From: Polyangiales bacterium | Lineage (GTDB): Bacteria > Myxococcota_A > Polyangia > Polyangiales > Ga0077539 | Direction: 5' to 3' | Assembly: GCA_044229975.1 (NCBI GenBank) | Contig: JBGARZ010000012.1 | Location: 64,001 to 128,000 of the forward strand | Length of the DNA stretch: 64,000 bases | Part shown: in pieces, positions 1 to 12,945 of the stretch | Numbering within the stretch: position 1 is the first letter of the stretch | Layout of the letters: the number at the start of each line of letters is the position of its first letter | The notes under the pieces: generated by a model | Told to the model about the DNA's origin: nothing | The model's input: the letters and a program-made list of their open reading frames with translations, nothing else | Database searches by the model: none | Program-made: the position numbers and the translations under genes

Positions 1-599
1 AAGCGATCGCCCGGCGCGGCCAGGATGTGGAAGGTGTCCACCTCCAGGTTCTCGAAGACGCCGACGGCGCGGGTGATGGCGTTTTTGTGGGCGACCTTGG
101 AGAGCGCCTCGTTGGTGAGCTTGCCGCGGCGGCGCAGCTCGTTGACCACCGAGTGGTCTTCGGTGAGCAGCCGCACCTCGTTGCCGCGCACGAGGTAGGC
201 GCGCGAGTCGCCGACGTGCGCGAGGAAGCACCGGCGACCGACCACCACCATGGCCGTGAGGGTCGTGCCCATGCCGCGGCGCGCGGGGTTGGCCTGCGCG
301 GCGCCCCACACCTCCGCGTTGGCCGCGCGAACGGCGTTGCCCAGCATCACCTTCACGTCGTCGGGGCGCACGCCGGCGTCCTGTCGCGCGAGGGCGTCGA
401 GCAGTCCGCGGTGCCGCTCGACCTCGGCCACCACGCGCTGCGACGCCATGGCCGAGGCCACCTCGCCGGCCGCGTGGCCGCCCATGCCGTCCGCCACGAT
501 GTACAGCCCGAGGGCGGCGTCGCAGCGGAAGGTGTCTTCGTTGTGTTCGCGTCGGCGACCGACGTCGGAGCGGGCGGAGAGCCGGTGCGCTGGGGTCAT
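1..599 (-). CDS. PP2C-family Ser/Thr protein phosphatase (Stp1-like), runs off the window edge
   Basis: Manual translation from ATG 599: MTPAHRLSARSDVGRRREHNED...YIVADGMGGHAAGEVAS...GMGTTLT...AHVGDSRAY...LTEDHS...NAITRAVG, the PP2C motifs. Not in the ORF track because there is no stop in the window. Confidence 0.9.
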   Translation of the reverse strand, partial: MTPAHRLSARSDVGRRREHNEDTFRCDAALGLYIVADGMGGHAAGEVASAMASQRVVAEVERHRGLLDALARQDAGVRPDDVKVMLGNAVRAANAEVWGAAQANPARRGMGTTLTAMVVVGRRCFLAHVGDSRAYLVRGNEVRLLTEDHSVVNELRRRGKLTNEALSKVAHKNAITRAVGVFENLEVDTFHILAAPGDR

Positions 600-656
600 G
601 AGTGCCCGATAGGCGGTATCACGCCGACGGCGCTGGCGTCGAGACGGGGAGCGATC

Positions 657-1016
657 TCAGAAGAGGTTCGACAGCTCCGGCGCCGTGAGCTTCTTCTGCT
701 CGGCGATGCGGGCGACGGCGCGGACGATGCGGAGCTTGTACGGCGCCGTGAGGGCCTCGCCCTTGAGGGCCTTGGTGAGGCCGGGGACGGTGACCGGGCG
801 GCCGGTGCGGGCACGCTTGGCCTTGGCGGCCTTGGCGGCGTCGTCGTCCTTGCCCTTGGTCTGGCGCTTGGCGAGGCGGATCGCGCGGTCTTCCGGCTGA
901 AGCGTCTCGATCTGCTTGGAGGCGTTGATCACCCGGATCGGGTCGATCTTGTTTTCGGTGAGATAGCCAGCCAGCTTGGACTGGGCGCCGGTCAACAACG
1001 ATGCGAGCTTGCTCAT
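657..1016 (-). CDS. Small basic Lys/Arg-rich hypothetical protein (119 aa)
   Basis: AGGAG RBS upstream of the ATG; typical high-GC3 codon pattern. Confidence 0.8.
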   Translation of the reverse strand: MSKLASLLTGAQSKLAGYLTENKIDPIRVINASKQIETLQPEDRAIRLAKRQTKGKDDDAAKAAKAKRARTGRPVTVPGLTKALKGEALTAPYKLRIVRAVARIAEQKKLTAPELSNLF

Positions 1017-1107
1017 GGAACCACTCCTGAAAAGAGGGGCGAACCTCTACCTTCGTTCGTCCGGGGGCACAAGCCCCTCCCCGGCGCTGCTGGCGCTCAT
1101 CCATTCC

Positions 1108-2049
1108 TTGCGCGACCCGGCCGACCCCTTGCGCCGCGCCGCCACCGCCGCCCTCGTCGCCGACGGCGCCCTGCATCCCGCGCACGCGACGCTCGCCCTC
1201 GACCGCGTGACGGCCCGCTATACCGAGGCCGCCCTCGACGCCCTCCGCACCCGCGACCTCGTCGGCCGTCGCGTTCGCGTGGTGCTCGCCGCCTCCGTCG
1301 CCACGGCTCCATTGCGCGCCCTCGCGCTGCCGCTTCTGCGCGGCGCCGACTCCGTCACCCTCAAGCCATCGCGCCACCAGCCCCGCTTCGCTTCTCTCCT
1401 CGGCGACCCCGTCGACGACGACCCCGGCTTCGACCACCTCATCGCCTACGGCAGCGACGAGACCATCGCGACGATGCGCGCCTCGCTCCCGCCCGGCGTC
1501 ACCTTCGAGGGCCACGGTCACGGCTTCGCGCTGTCGATCGTTCGCACCCCGAACCATCGCGACGCGGCGATGCGCGTGGCCGAGGACATCGCCTGGTACG
1601 ACCAGCGCGGGTGCCTCTCGCCGCAGGCCGCTCTCGTGACGAGCGGCGACGCGGCGGCCTTTGCCGAGCACCTCCACGAAGCGCTCGCGGAGGTGCAGCG
1701 ATGGTTGCCGCGTGGTCCGCTCGACGCGGGGCTCGGAGCGGCGGTGATGCAGTGGCAGGGGGTGCAGGCGGCGATGGCCGAGGGCTTCTGGCGGGGCGAC
1801 ACGCACTCGGTGGCGCTGTGCGAAAAGCCGACGCTCGGGACGCCGGGAGCGCGTCAGGTGACGGTCACCGGCCTCGACGACGGCGGCTTACACCGGTGGG
1901 TAAGCGAGCACGCCCGGTGGATCACCGCGCTCGGCGTCGACGGGCGCACCGATGACCTCGCGACCATCGACGGCTTCCATGGACGACTCGTCGCAGCGGG
2001 AGAGTTGCAAGACCCGCCGCTCGATGGCCCGGAGGACATTCGTCCGTAG
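1108..2049 (+). CDS. Acyl-CoA reductase (LuxC-like) family protein; start uncertain
   Basis: LIAYGSDETI, GHGHGF and DIAWYDQRGCLSPQ motifs. The ORF is open from 976, but upstream starts overlap the divergent gene. Confidence 0.75.
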   Translation: MRDPADPLRRAATAALVADGALHPAHATLALDRVTARYTEAALDALRTRDLVGRRVRVVLAASVATAPLRALALPLLRGADSVTLKPSRHQPRFASLLGDPVDDDPGFDHLIAYGSDETIATMRASLPPGVTFEGHGHGFALSIVRTPNHRDAAMRVAEDIAWYDQRGCLSPQAALVTSGDAAAFAEHLHEALAEVQRWLPRGPLDAGLGAAVMQWQGVQAAMAEGFWRGDTHSVALCEKPTLGTPGARQVTVTGLDDGGLHRWVSEHARWITALGVDGRTDDLATIDGFHGRLVAAGELQDPPLDGPEDIRP

Positions 2050-2112
2050 GCGCGCAACCTCCGCGCGGCGCCTCCCCGAAGAGCCCACCGCCCAAAAAGG
2101 AGGGCTCCCGCC

Positions 2113-3213
2113 ATGTTCTTCCTCTTCCTCTGCGCCATCGCCCCGGTGTTTCTCATCCTGCGCTGGATCGACCGCCAGGACCTCCACCCCGAACCCCGCC
2201 GCGTCGTCTGGAGCACCTTCCTCCTCGGCGCCCTCACCGCCGCCCCGGTCTACTTCGCCGAGCTCGGCGCCGACGACCTCCTCACCACGCTCCTCGCTCC
2301 GCTCCACCTCTCGACCATCCCCCACACCGCCGTCACCACCCTCTTCGGTGTGGCGCTGCCCGAGGAGCTCGCGAAGTTCGCGGTGCTCTTCTTCTATGCG
2401 CGTCGCAACCGCGCCTTCGACGAGCCCATGGACGGCCTCGTGTACGGCGCCGCCGCGGCCCTCGGCTTCGCGGGCGTCGAGAACGTCCTCTACGTCGTCG
2501 ACGCCGACGTCGGAACGGCCGTCATGCGCGGCCTCCTGTCGGTCCCCGGTCACGCCTTCGACGGGATGCTGATGGGCGCGCTGCTCGGCGCGGGCCTCGT
2601 TCGCCCGCAGCACCGCGGCCGCCTCACACTGCTCGCCCTCGCGCTCCCGACGCTCTGCCACACACTCTTCGATCTGCCGCTGCTGCTGGGCCTCACGCCC
2701 TTCCTCACGGGCGTTGCGCCCTCGTGGACGACTGTCGCCGTCGGCTCCGTCCTCGCCCCGCTGCCCGTCCTCGTCACCACCCTCCAATGGAACACCGTCC
2801 GCGACCTCGCCGCCCGCCTGCGCCGCTCGCAGCACGCCGCGCTCTCGGGCGAGCACACCGAGCGCCCGCTCATCCCCGTACTGGGCGCCTTCCTCGATGG
2901 CTTTCTCGGATGGATGGAGCGCGACGGCCTCCGCTCCGTCCTCCGCCTGGGCGTGGTCATGAGCTCGCTGTCGGGCGCACTGCTCACCGTGCTCGCGCTG
3001 CTGTGCGGGATCGTGAGCGTCGACAACCCCGACCTCCTCGCGGACGTCTGGCAGGAGATGTCCCAGGACACCGACATGCCCCGCGGCCTCATCGCCCTCG
3101 GCAGCGAAGGCTGCGCGCGAACCCTCTGCCTGCTGCTGAGCGCGACCGCCGTCGCCAACTTCTCCATGGCCGTCGGCGCATCGCGCATCGCGCGCCTGCT
3201 TGCCCGCCGCTGA
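2113..3213 (+). CDS. PrsW family intramembrane metalloprotease
   Basis: PEELAKF, FDEPMDG, GFAGVEN and GHA motifs; several TM segments. Confidence 0.85.
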   Translation: MFFLFLCAIAPVFLILRWIDRQDLHPEPRRVVWSTFLLGALTAAPVYFAELGADDLLTTLLAPLHLSTIPHTAVTTLFGVALPEELAKFAVLFFYARRNRAFDEPMDGLVYGAAAALGFAGVENVLYVVDADVGTAVMRGLLSVPGHAFDGMLMGALLGAGLVRPQHRGRLTLLALALPTLCHTLFDLPLLLGLTPFLTGVAPSWTTVAVGSVLAPLPVLVTTLQWNTVRDLAARLRRSQHAALSGEHTERPLIPVLGAFLDGFLGWMERDGLRSVLRLGVVMSSLSGALLTVLALLCGIVSVDNPDLLADVWQEMSQDTDMPRGLIALGSEGCARTLCLLLSATAVANFSMAVGASRIARLLARR

Positions 3214-3228
3214 ACCTCCGCGACCGCG

Positions 3229-4410
<1,182 letters not shown>

Positions 4411-4444
4411 CGGGCGCGGACGGTATCACCGCGCCGCGCGACAC

Positions 4445-5773
4445 TCACCCACGCCAGCGCAGCGTCACCACCGTCACGTCGTCCGGCACCGCCCGCCCCG
4501 CGAGAAACCCATCCAGCGCCGCGCCCACCGCGCCCGCCGGGTCGTCGCTCGCCATCGCCGTCGCGCACACGGCGTCCAGGCCCTCTGGCGCCTCGCCGAA
4601 GGACACCCCGTCCGCGCGGCTCGCCTCCGACAGCCCGTCGGTGAACACCACCAGCCCGTCGCCCGCCACCAACTGCACCCGCTCCTCGACGAAGCCCGCG
4701 CCCTCGACGACGCCCACGAAGGTTCCGCCGGATGTGAGCTCCTCCGCGCGCCCGTCGCGCACCAGCAGCGGAGCCGCGTGCGCCGCCGTCGCGTACGTCA
4801 GCACGCCGCTCGCCGGGTCGAGGTCGGCCACCAGTGCGGTGAAGCGCATGCGGAGTGATCCGTAGCTCCCGGTGAGCCGCGCGTTGAGGGCGCCGAGCAC
4901 CGCGGCGGGCGTCGCCTGCGAGCGCTTGGCCACCTCGTACTCGCTCCGCAAGAACATCGTCGTCAGCCCCGCCGCGACGCCGTGTCCCGTCGCGTCGGCG
5001 ACGAACACCCGCAGCCGACCGTCGGGCATCACCACGAGGTCGTAGATGTCGCCGCTCACCCGATCGAGCGGCCGGTAATGAACGCTCGCCCGCACGCCCT
5101 CCACCCGCGGCAGATCGGGCAGCAGCCGCTGTTGCAGCTCGCGCGCGGCCTCCTCGTCTTCGAGCAGCCGGGCGTCGCGCTCTTGCAGCTCCTGCATCGC
5201 CGCGCGCAGCTCGCGGTTGGCCGCTTCGGTCGCCGCCTCCGCATTGCGCCGCTCGCGCGTCTCGATGGAGAGCGACAGCACCTGCCCCACCGAGAACGCG
5301 AACTGCTGCTCCTCGAAGGACCACCGCCGCGCCCCGCCGAGGTGCTCGTGGCAGACCACGCCCGCGAGCACGCCGCGCACGAACACCGGCGCGTCGAGCA
5401 TGGCGCCGATGCCCGTCGGCGTGAGGTACCCCTCGGAGAACTCGTAGGTGCGCGGGTCGGTGTGTGCGTCGTGCGCCGCGATGACCGAGCCGGTCTTCAT
5501 CGCCTCGAAGTAGGTCGGGTAGGCGGTGCCTTCCAGCACGAGCCCGCCGTCGTAGGTCTCGCCATCGAGGAGGAAGAGGCACTCGCAGCGGATGCTGTCG
5601 GGATCATGGTGGAGCGACCAGTAGCTCACCCGTGCGACGCCGAGGGTGCGCGCGTCAGTGGCCAGCGCCCGGCGGAGCGTCTCTTCCCAGGACATGTCGT
5701 CGCGCAGCGCGAGGCCGCGCAGGCTCATCTCGTAGGCGGACAAGATCGCGGACGGCGTGTGGCGGGGCTCCAT
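4445..5773 (-). CDS. GAF + SpoIIE (RsbU-like PP2C) phosphatase
   Basis: GAF-like N-terminus (AMLDAPV..GVVCHEH), coiled coil, then SGDIYD, ADATGHG, FTDGL and DDVT motifs. Confidence 0.85.
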   Translation of the reverse strand: MEPRHTPSAILSAYEMSLRGLALRDDMSWEETLRRALATDARTLGVARVSYWSLHHDPDSIRCECLFLLDGETYDGGLVLEGTAYPTYFEAMKTGSVIAAHDAHTDPRTYEFSEGYLTPTGIGAMLDAPVFVRGVLAGVVCHEHLGGARRWSFEEQQFAFSVGQVLSLSIETRERRNAEAATEAANRELRAAMQELQERDARLLEDEEAARELQQRLLPDLPRVEGVRASVHYRPLDRVSGDIYDLVVMPDGRLRVFVADATGHGVAAGLTTMFLRSEYEVAKRSQATPAAVLGALNARLTGSYGSLRMRFTALVADLDPASGVLTYATAAHAAPLLVRDGRAEELTSGGTFVGVVEGAGFVEERVQLVAGDGLVVFTDGLSEASRADGVSFGEAPEGLDAVCATAMASDDPAGAVGAALDGFLAGRAVPDDVTVVTLRWRG

Positions 5774-5798
5774 CGGGCGGGCAGGATGGCACGGCCGA

Positions 5799-5892
5799 GT
5801 GGGGACGGTTTCACCTTTTCACGTTGTTGGGCGACCACCAGCCGCCGCGGGAGAGGACGAGTGACAAGGTGAAAAGGTGAAACCGTCCCCAC
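5799..5892. repeat. Palindromic REP/MITE-like element, family A (24-bp perfect arms)
   Basis: GTGGGGACGGTTTCACCTTTTCAC (5799-5822) and its exact reverse complement (5869-5892); related copy at 61650-61711. Confidence 0.85.
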
Positions 5893-5989
5893 CGCGCCAC
5901 CGCGCTTGACGCTGTCCCACCTGTGACTCTGGTCTTATGCAGGCCGAGAAGCTGTTGCACCATCGCCCCTTACCTGGAGACGTAACCCG

Positions 5990-8572
<2,583 letters not shown>

Positions 8573-10802
8573 CCCACCACCACGCCACTGCCACCCACCC
8601 GCCGAGGCCGACGAGCACGCCCGCTCCGAGGCCCGGCGCCTCCACCCACACCCTCACCCGCTGAGCTCGCGGCGACGGCGCCAGCCGCACCGCCAGCCCC
8701 GCCAGGTTGGCCCGTCGCACCGCGACCTCGCGCCCGTCCACGGTCGCACGCCAGCCCGGCGTCCACTGCTCCACGAACACCGCCCACCCGCCGTCGCCCG
8801 CGACGCAGTCCGCCTCGCGTTCGCCGTCACCGACGCGCACCACGCGGCACTCCCCTCGCCCGGGGGTGCCGCCGCCCTGCCCTCCCGTCAGCAGCACGCG
8901 CTCGCCGCGCACCACCTCCGCGTCGAGCACGTGCGCCCGCGCCTCCGGGTCGATCGTCGCCACGGCCTGGCCCGCCACGTAGGCCCGCGGCAGCGTGTCC
9001 AGCACCCGGTAGAGCGTCGCGCCTGGAGCAGCGTCCATCACGCGCTCCAGGCCCGCCACCGCGCGCGTCGGCATCAGCGCCGCGTCCACCGAGAGCACCC
9101 GCAGCGCGTCGATGCGCCGACGCTCCACCAGCGCCGTCGTCTCCGGCGCGACCGCCACGTCGTAGCCGGGTAGCTCACCCACGCCGTAGAGCCCGTTGGT
9201 GTTGGCGCGCATCGTCGCGTGCAGAAACGCCGTCGCCTCGCCGAAGCCACGTCGCGAGCGCTCCAGCGCGTCGCTTCGGTACAACCGAGGCACGCCACCG
9301 CGCGGCGCCAGCGCCCGCATCGCCGCCGCCATCGGGGGCGCGCGGCCGGCCTCCGACCACGACGCCCATCGTGGGAAGCGACGGACGTTTTCGCCCAGGT
9401 CGAGCGTCACCGTCACCGCGAGCAGCGCCGCGCCCGCGATGGGGAAGCGCCGCGCCACGAGGGCAGCCACCGTCATCAACACCGCCGCCGCGAGCCCGAT
9501 GAGGGCGGCCTGCGGCATCACCATCGCCACACCGCGGGGCATCCACGCGCGCGAGGTGAGCCACAGCGCGAGGTACACGAGCGCCATCGCACCGGTCGCG
9601 GTGAGCGCCGCGCGACGCGACGAGAGCAGCCGGTCGGCGCCGAGGCCCGCGAGCGTCGCGACCGCCACCGCGGTCAGCGCGAGGTACTTCTCCGGCGAGC
9701 GCATGTAGCGGAACGGCAGCGCCAGCGCGCGAAACACCCCGTGCACCGGCGTGTGGTGGCCGAGCGCGAGCAGCAGCCCCAGCGCCGCCAACGCCAGCAG
9801 CGCGAGCCGCGCCCGTGAGCGCGCGAGACCGAGCGCCGCGAGCAGCACCGCGGCTGATCCGAGGTACGCCGACTCCAACAGGGGCGCCGGGTCGAGCAGC
9901 GCGTTGACCGCCGGGTCGATGCGCAGCGCCCACGCCATGCCGACACCACCGAAGGCACCGAGGTCGAGCAGGCGCCACGGGTGCAGCGACATCTGCTCGG
10001 CCGCGAGGCGGGAGAGGGCCGAGGAGCGCTGGGTGTGGGCCATGCCAGCGAGCATCGGGAAGAGCGTGGGCGCCGCGAGCAGCGTCGCGCCAAGCGCGGC
10101 CGAGAGGTACGCCCCGAGCGTGCGCGGCAGCCGCGAGAGGGGCGCGACGCCGAGCGCGAGGACAACCCCCGCGAGCACACCGAAGAGCGCGACGAAGGGC
10201 TCGCCCGCGAGCAGTGACATGGCGACGGGGAGCGACGAGAGAAGCAGCGCGCGCCACCATGGACGACCGGGCGGAGAGAGCGCGAGGTCGTGGGCGGTGA
10301 GGGCGCACCACGGGATCCAGGCGGAGCCGTAGAGGAGGATGCCGAGGTTCCAGGTGGACTGGGTCGGGCCGGCGAGGGACCACGCGACGCCCGCGACGAC
10401 GGCGCCCACCGAGCGAGCGCCGAGGCGGGTGGCGAGCGCGGCGCAACCGAGAGCGCCGAGGAGCAGGTGGAGCCACGCGCCGAGAGAGGCGCCCCAGGCG
10501 ACGTCGGGCGTGAGGAGGAGCAGGAGGTGCGGCGGATAGAAGAGCGCGTAGAGGGGCTCGGCGGGGACGGAGAAGCCGAGGCCGACGAAGGGGTTCCAGC
10601 GAGGGAGGTGGCCAGAGAGGAGGGCGTCGCGGACGAGCGCGCGGGCGGGGATGACCCACAGCCAGGTGTCACGGAAGACCACCGCGCGGCCCACGAAGAG
10701 TTGCCAATGGGTGAGCGCCAGGAGGGCGACGAGCGCGGGCCCGACGACGCGCCAGCGCATGGGAGAAGGAGGCTCCACGGCGCGGACGATACCCGAAGTG
10801 GT

Positions 10803-12659
10803 TCAGCCGCCGACGACCTCGCGCACGTCGCGCGCGGCGATGCCGTAGAGCTCACACAGGGCGTCGTCGAACTCCGTCTTCGGCAACGCGGCGATGGTCG
10901 AGTCGATGGCCGGGACGCCGAAACGCTCGATGAAGTTCTTCTGGTAGCACTGGTAGTCGCCCTCCAACTGGAAGCTGGTGAGGCGCGCGAAGTAGTCCAT
11001 CACCGCGCTGTTGAGCACCCGTTGGAGCAGCCCGAGGTCGATGCCCGGTGTGGCGGGTGTGATCGCGTAGCCGTTGCAAAATGGGCGGTCGCTGTCGTCA
11101 CGAAAGAAGGCCGGTCCGCGGCTGAAGCTCTTGGTGAGCAGCTTCGGTCCAGGCGACTCCAAACCCTGGGTGCGACCCCACGCGAACCACGCGCCGTACG
11201 CGCGGCGACCCTTGTCGCGCGACTCCAGCGACGCGCGGTGCGCCGCCAGGTAGGCGTAGGCGCCGGGGAAGCGTTCGCGAAAGATGTCCTCTCCCAGCAG
11301 GCGATGGCGACCCTGCGAGCGCTCGTAGGGGAAGAGCACGCGCAGCCGGTCGCCCGCGAGGTCGGCCTCGGTGCGCAGCGCGGACACCTTCACCAGCGGG
11401 CACGTCGCGGCGAGCTCGATGTCCGCCACGCCGGGGTCTGCGTGGCGCGCCCAGCGGTCACCCGATCGGCGAAGGAGAAAGACCGCGTCGCGTAGCGTGG
11501 CGATGCCGACGCGGATGTCCGTGAGCGCGCCGAGCGGCGAGCCGGTGGCCTCGATGCGGCGAAGGTTGTCGAGGTGGCGTGGCGGTCCGAGGCGCCACTT
11601 GGTGGGCTGTAGCGACGCGGCCTCGATGCGACTCGTGGGCACACGCGCAAGGTCGTCGAGTGACGCGGTGGGAGAGAGCTCGCCGTAGTCGAAGTGGGTC
11701 GCGGCGGGGCGACCAAGAAAGACCAGGCAGGTGTACGCGCTGGCCCGATCGAACACCTTGCGATGACCCAGGTCGATGACGCGACGGAGGGCGCCACGCC
11801 GCTGGAGGAAGCTGCGAACCGGCTGACCGGAGAGGGAGGTGTAGAGGTTGTTCTGGGTGATGACGGCGAGGACGCCGGGCTCGCGGAGAAGCCCGTAGCC
11901 CGCGACGAGGAAGAGCGGCGCGAGGCTGTAGCCGCCGGTGAGCAGCGTGGGGTGGCGAGCGAGGAGACGCGCGCGGTACGCCTCGCTGAGCGACTGCACC
12001 CGCACGTACGGAGGATTGGTCGCGACGAGGTCGAAGCCGCGCGCCGAGGGAGAGAGAGCGCGCAGGTCATCGGGGTCGTCGAGCAGGGCATCGCGCAGGT
12101 GCAGGCGGAAGCGTGTCTCGTCGGGGACGACGCCCGATTGGAGGATGAACAGCGACAGCAGACAGCGCGCGCCATCGAGGGCGAGCGGGTCGTTGTCGAA
12201 GCCGACGAGGCGGTCGTAGAGCGCGTCGGGTTGTGCGCCGAGGAGGGAGGCGGCGCGGAGGAGGAAGCCGCCGGTTCCGCAGGCGGGGTCGCAGAGGATG
12301 GCGGTGTTGGAAGCGCCGTCGGGCAGCAGCGAGAGCCCGGTGTGGAGCAGGTGATCGATGACGGCGTCGGGCGTGTAGGTGACGCCACGGGCGCGGCGCT
12401 GGGCGGCGTCGTGGGAGCGCTCGAAGGCGTGCTCGACGTCCTTGAGCGAGGGGACGAGCGCGCGCTGTCGCAGGAGGGCGAGCGGGCGTTGCGCGGTGAG
12501 ACGGAGAGTCGGGGAGACGTGGCGCGCGGCGGTGTTGTCGGAGGGAAGGAGGGCGAGGTCGACGGCGTGGGTCTCGGCCCAGCGGAGGATGAACGCGCAG
12601 CGCACCACCTCGGGCGCAGCGGAGCGCAGGAGCGTGGTGAGGGGCGATGGGGCGGTCAT
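10803..12659 (-). CDS. N6-adenine DNA methyltransferase (gamma class, Eco57I/TaqI-like), no adjacent endonuclease
   Basis: GVTYTP, motif I DPACGTGGFL, motif IV NPPY, C-terminal TRD-like region. Confidence 0.88.
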   Translation of the reverse strand: MTAPSPLTTLLRSAAPEVVRCAFILRWAETHAVDLALLPSDNTAARHVSPTLRLTAQRPLALLRQRALVPSLKDVEHAFERSHDAAQRRARGVTYTPDAVIDHLLHTGLSLLPDGASNTAILCDPACGTGGFLLRAASLLGAQPDALYDRLVGFDNDPLALDGARCLLSLFILQSGVVPDETRFRLHLRDALLDDPDDLRALSPSARGFDLVATNPPYVRVQSLSEAYRARLLARHPTLLTGGYSLAPLFLVAGYGLLREPGVLAVITQNNLYTSLSGQPVRSFLQRRGALRRVIDLGHRKVFDRASAYTCLVFLGRPAATHFDYGELSPTASLDDLARVPTSRIEAASLQPTKWRLGPPRHLDNLRRIEATGSPLGALTDIRVGIATLRDAVFLLRRSGDRWARHADPGVADIELAATCPLVKVSALRTEADLAGDRLRVLFPYERSQGRHRLLGEDIFRERFPGAYAYLAAHRASLESRDKGRRAYGAWFAWGRTQGLESPGPKLLTKSFSRGPAFFRDDSDRPFCNGYAITPATPGIDLGLLQRVLNSAVMDYFARLTSFQLEGDYQCYQKNFIERFGVPAIDSTIAALPKTEFDDALCELYGIAARDVREVVGG

Positions 12660-12693
12660 GGGAACGCGCTGGCGGTTGGAGATGGCTGATGGT

Positions 12694-12945
12694 GGTGCAG
12701 TCCATCGTGCATCGCTGGGGTTCGGGCGTTGGCCCTCACCCCAGGCAATGACAAGCAGGCGCGCCGGACTGGTCCGGGGCTTTCGAGCAGGAATTCTCTC
12801 TGCCCAAAGGCACCGGGCGAACTCTCTTCCAGAGGGGCCATGGGACTTCGGTTCGAAAGCCCCGGACCAGTCCGGCGCGCCTGCTCGTCATTGCCTGGGG
12901 TGAGGGCCAACGCCCGAACCCCAGCGACGCACGATGGACTGCACC
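12694..12945. repeat. Long inverted repeat (REPIN/MITE-like), family B: 93-bp arms, 66-bp spacer
   Basis: 12694-12786 is the reverse complement of 12853-12945 with 2 mismatches; each arm has an internal hairpin CTGGGGT...ACCCCAG. Confidence 0.9.

Noticed and set aside
1108..2049. Bioluminescence (lux) operon
   Set aside because: Only a LuxC-like reductase is present; no luxA/B/D/E in the window.
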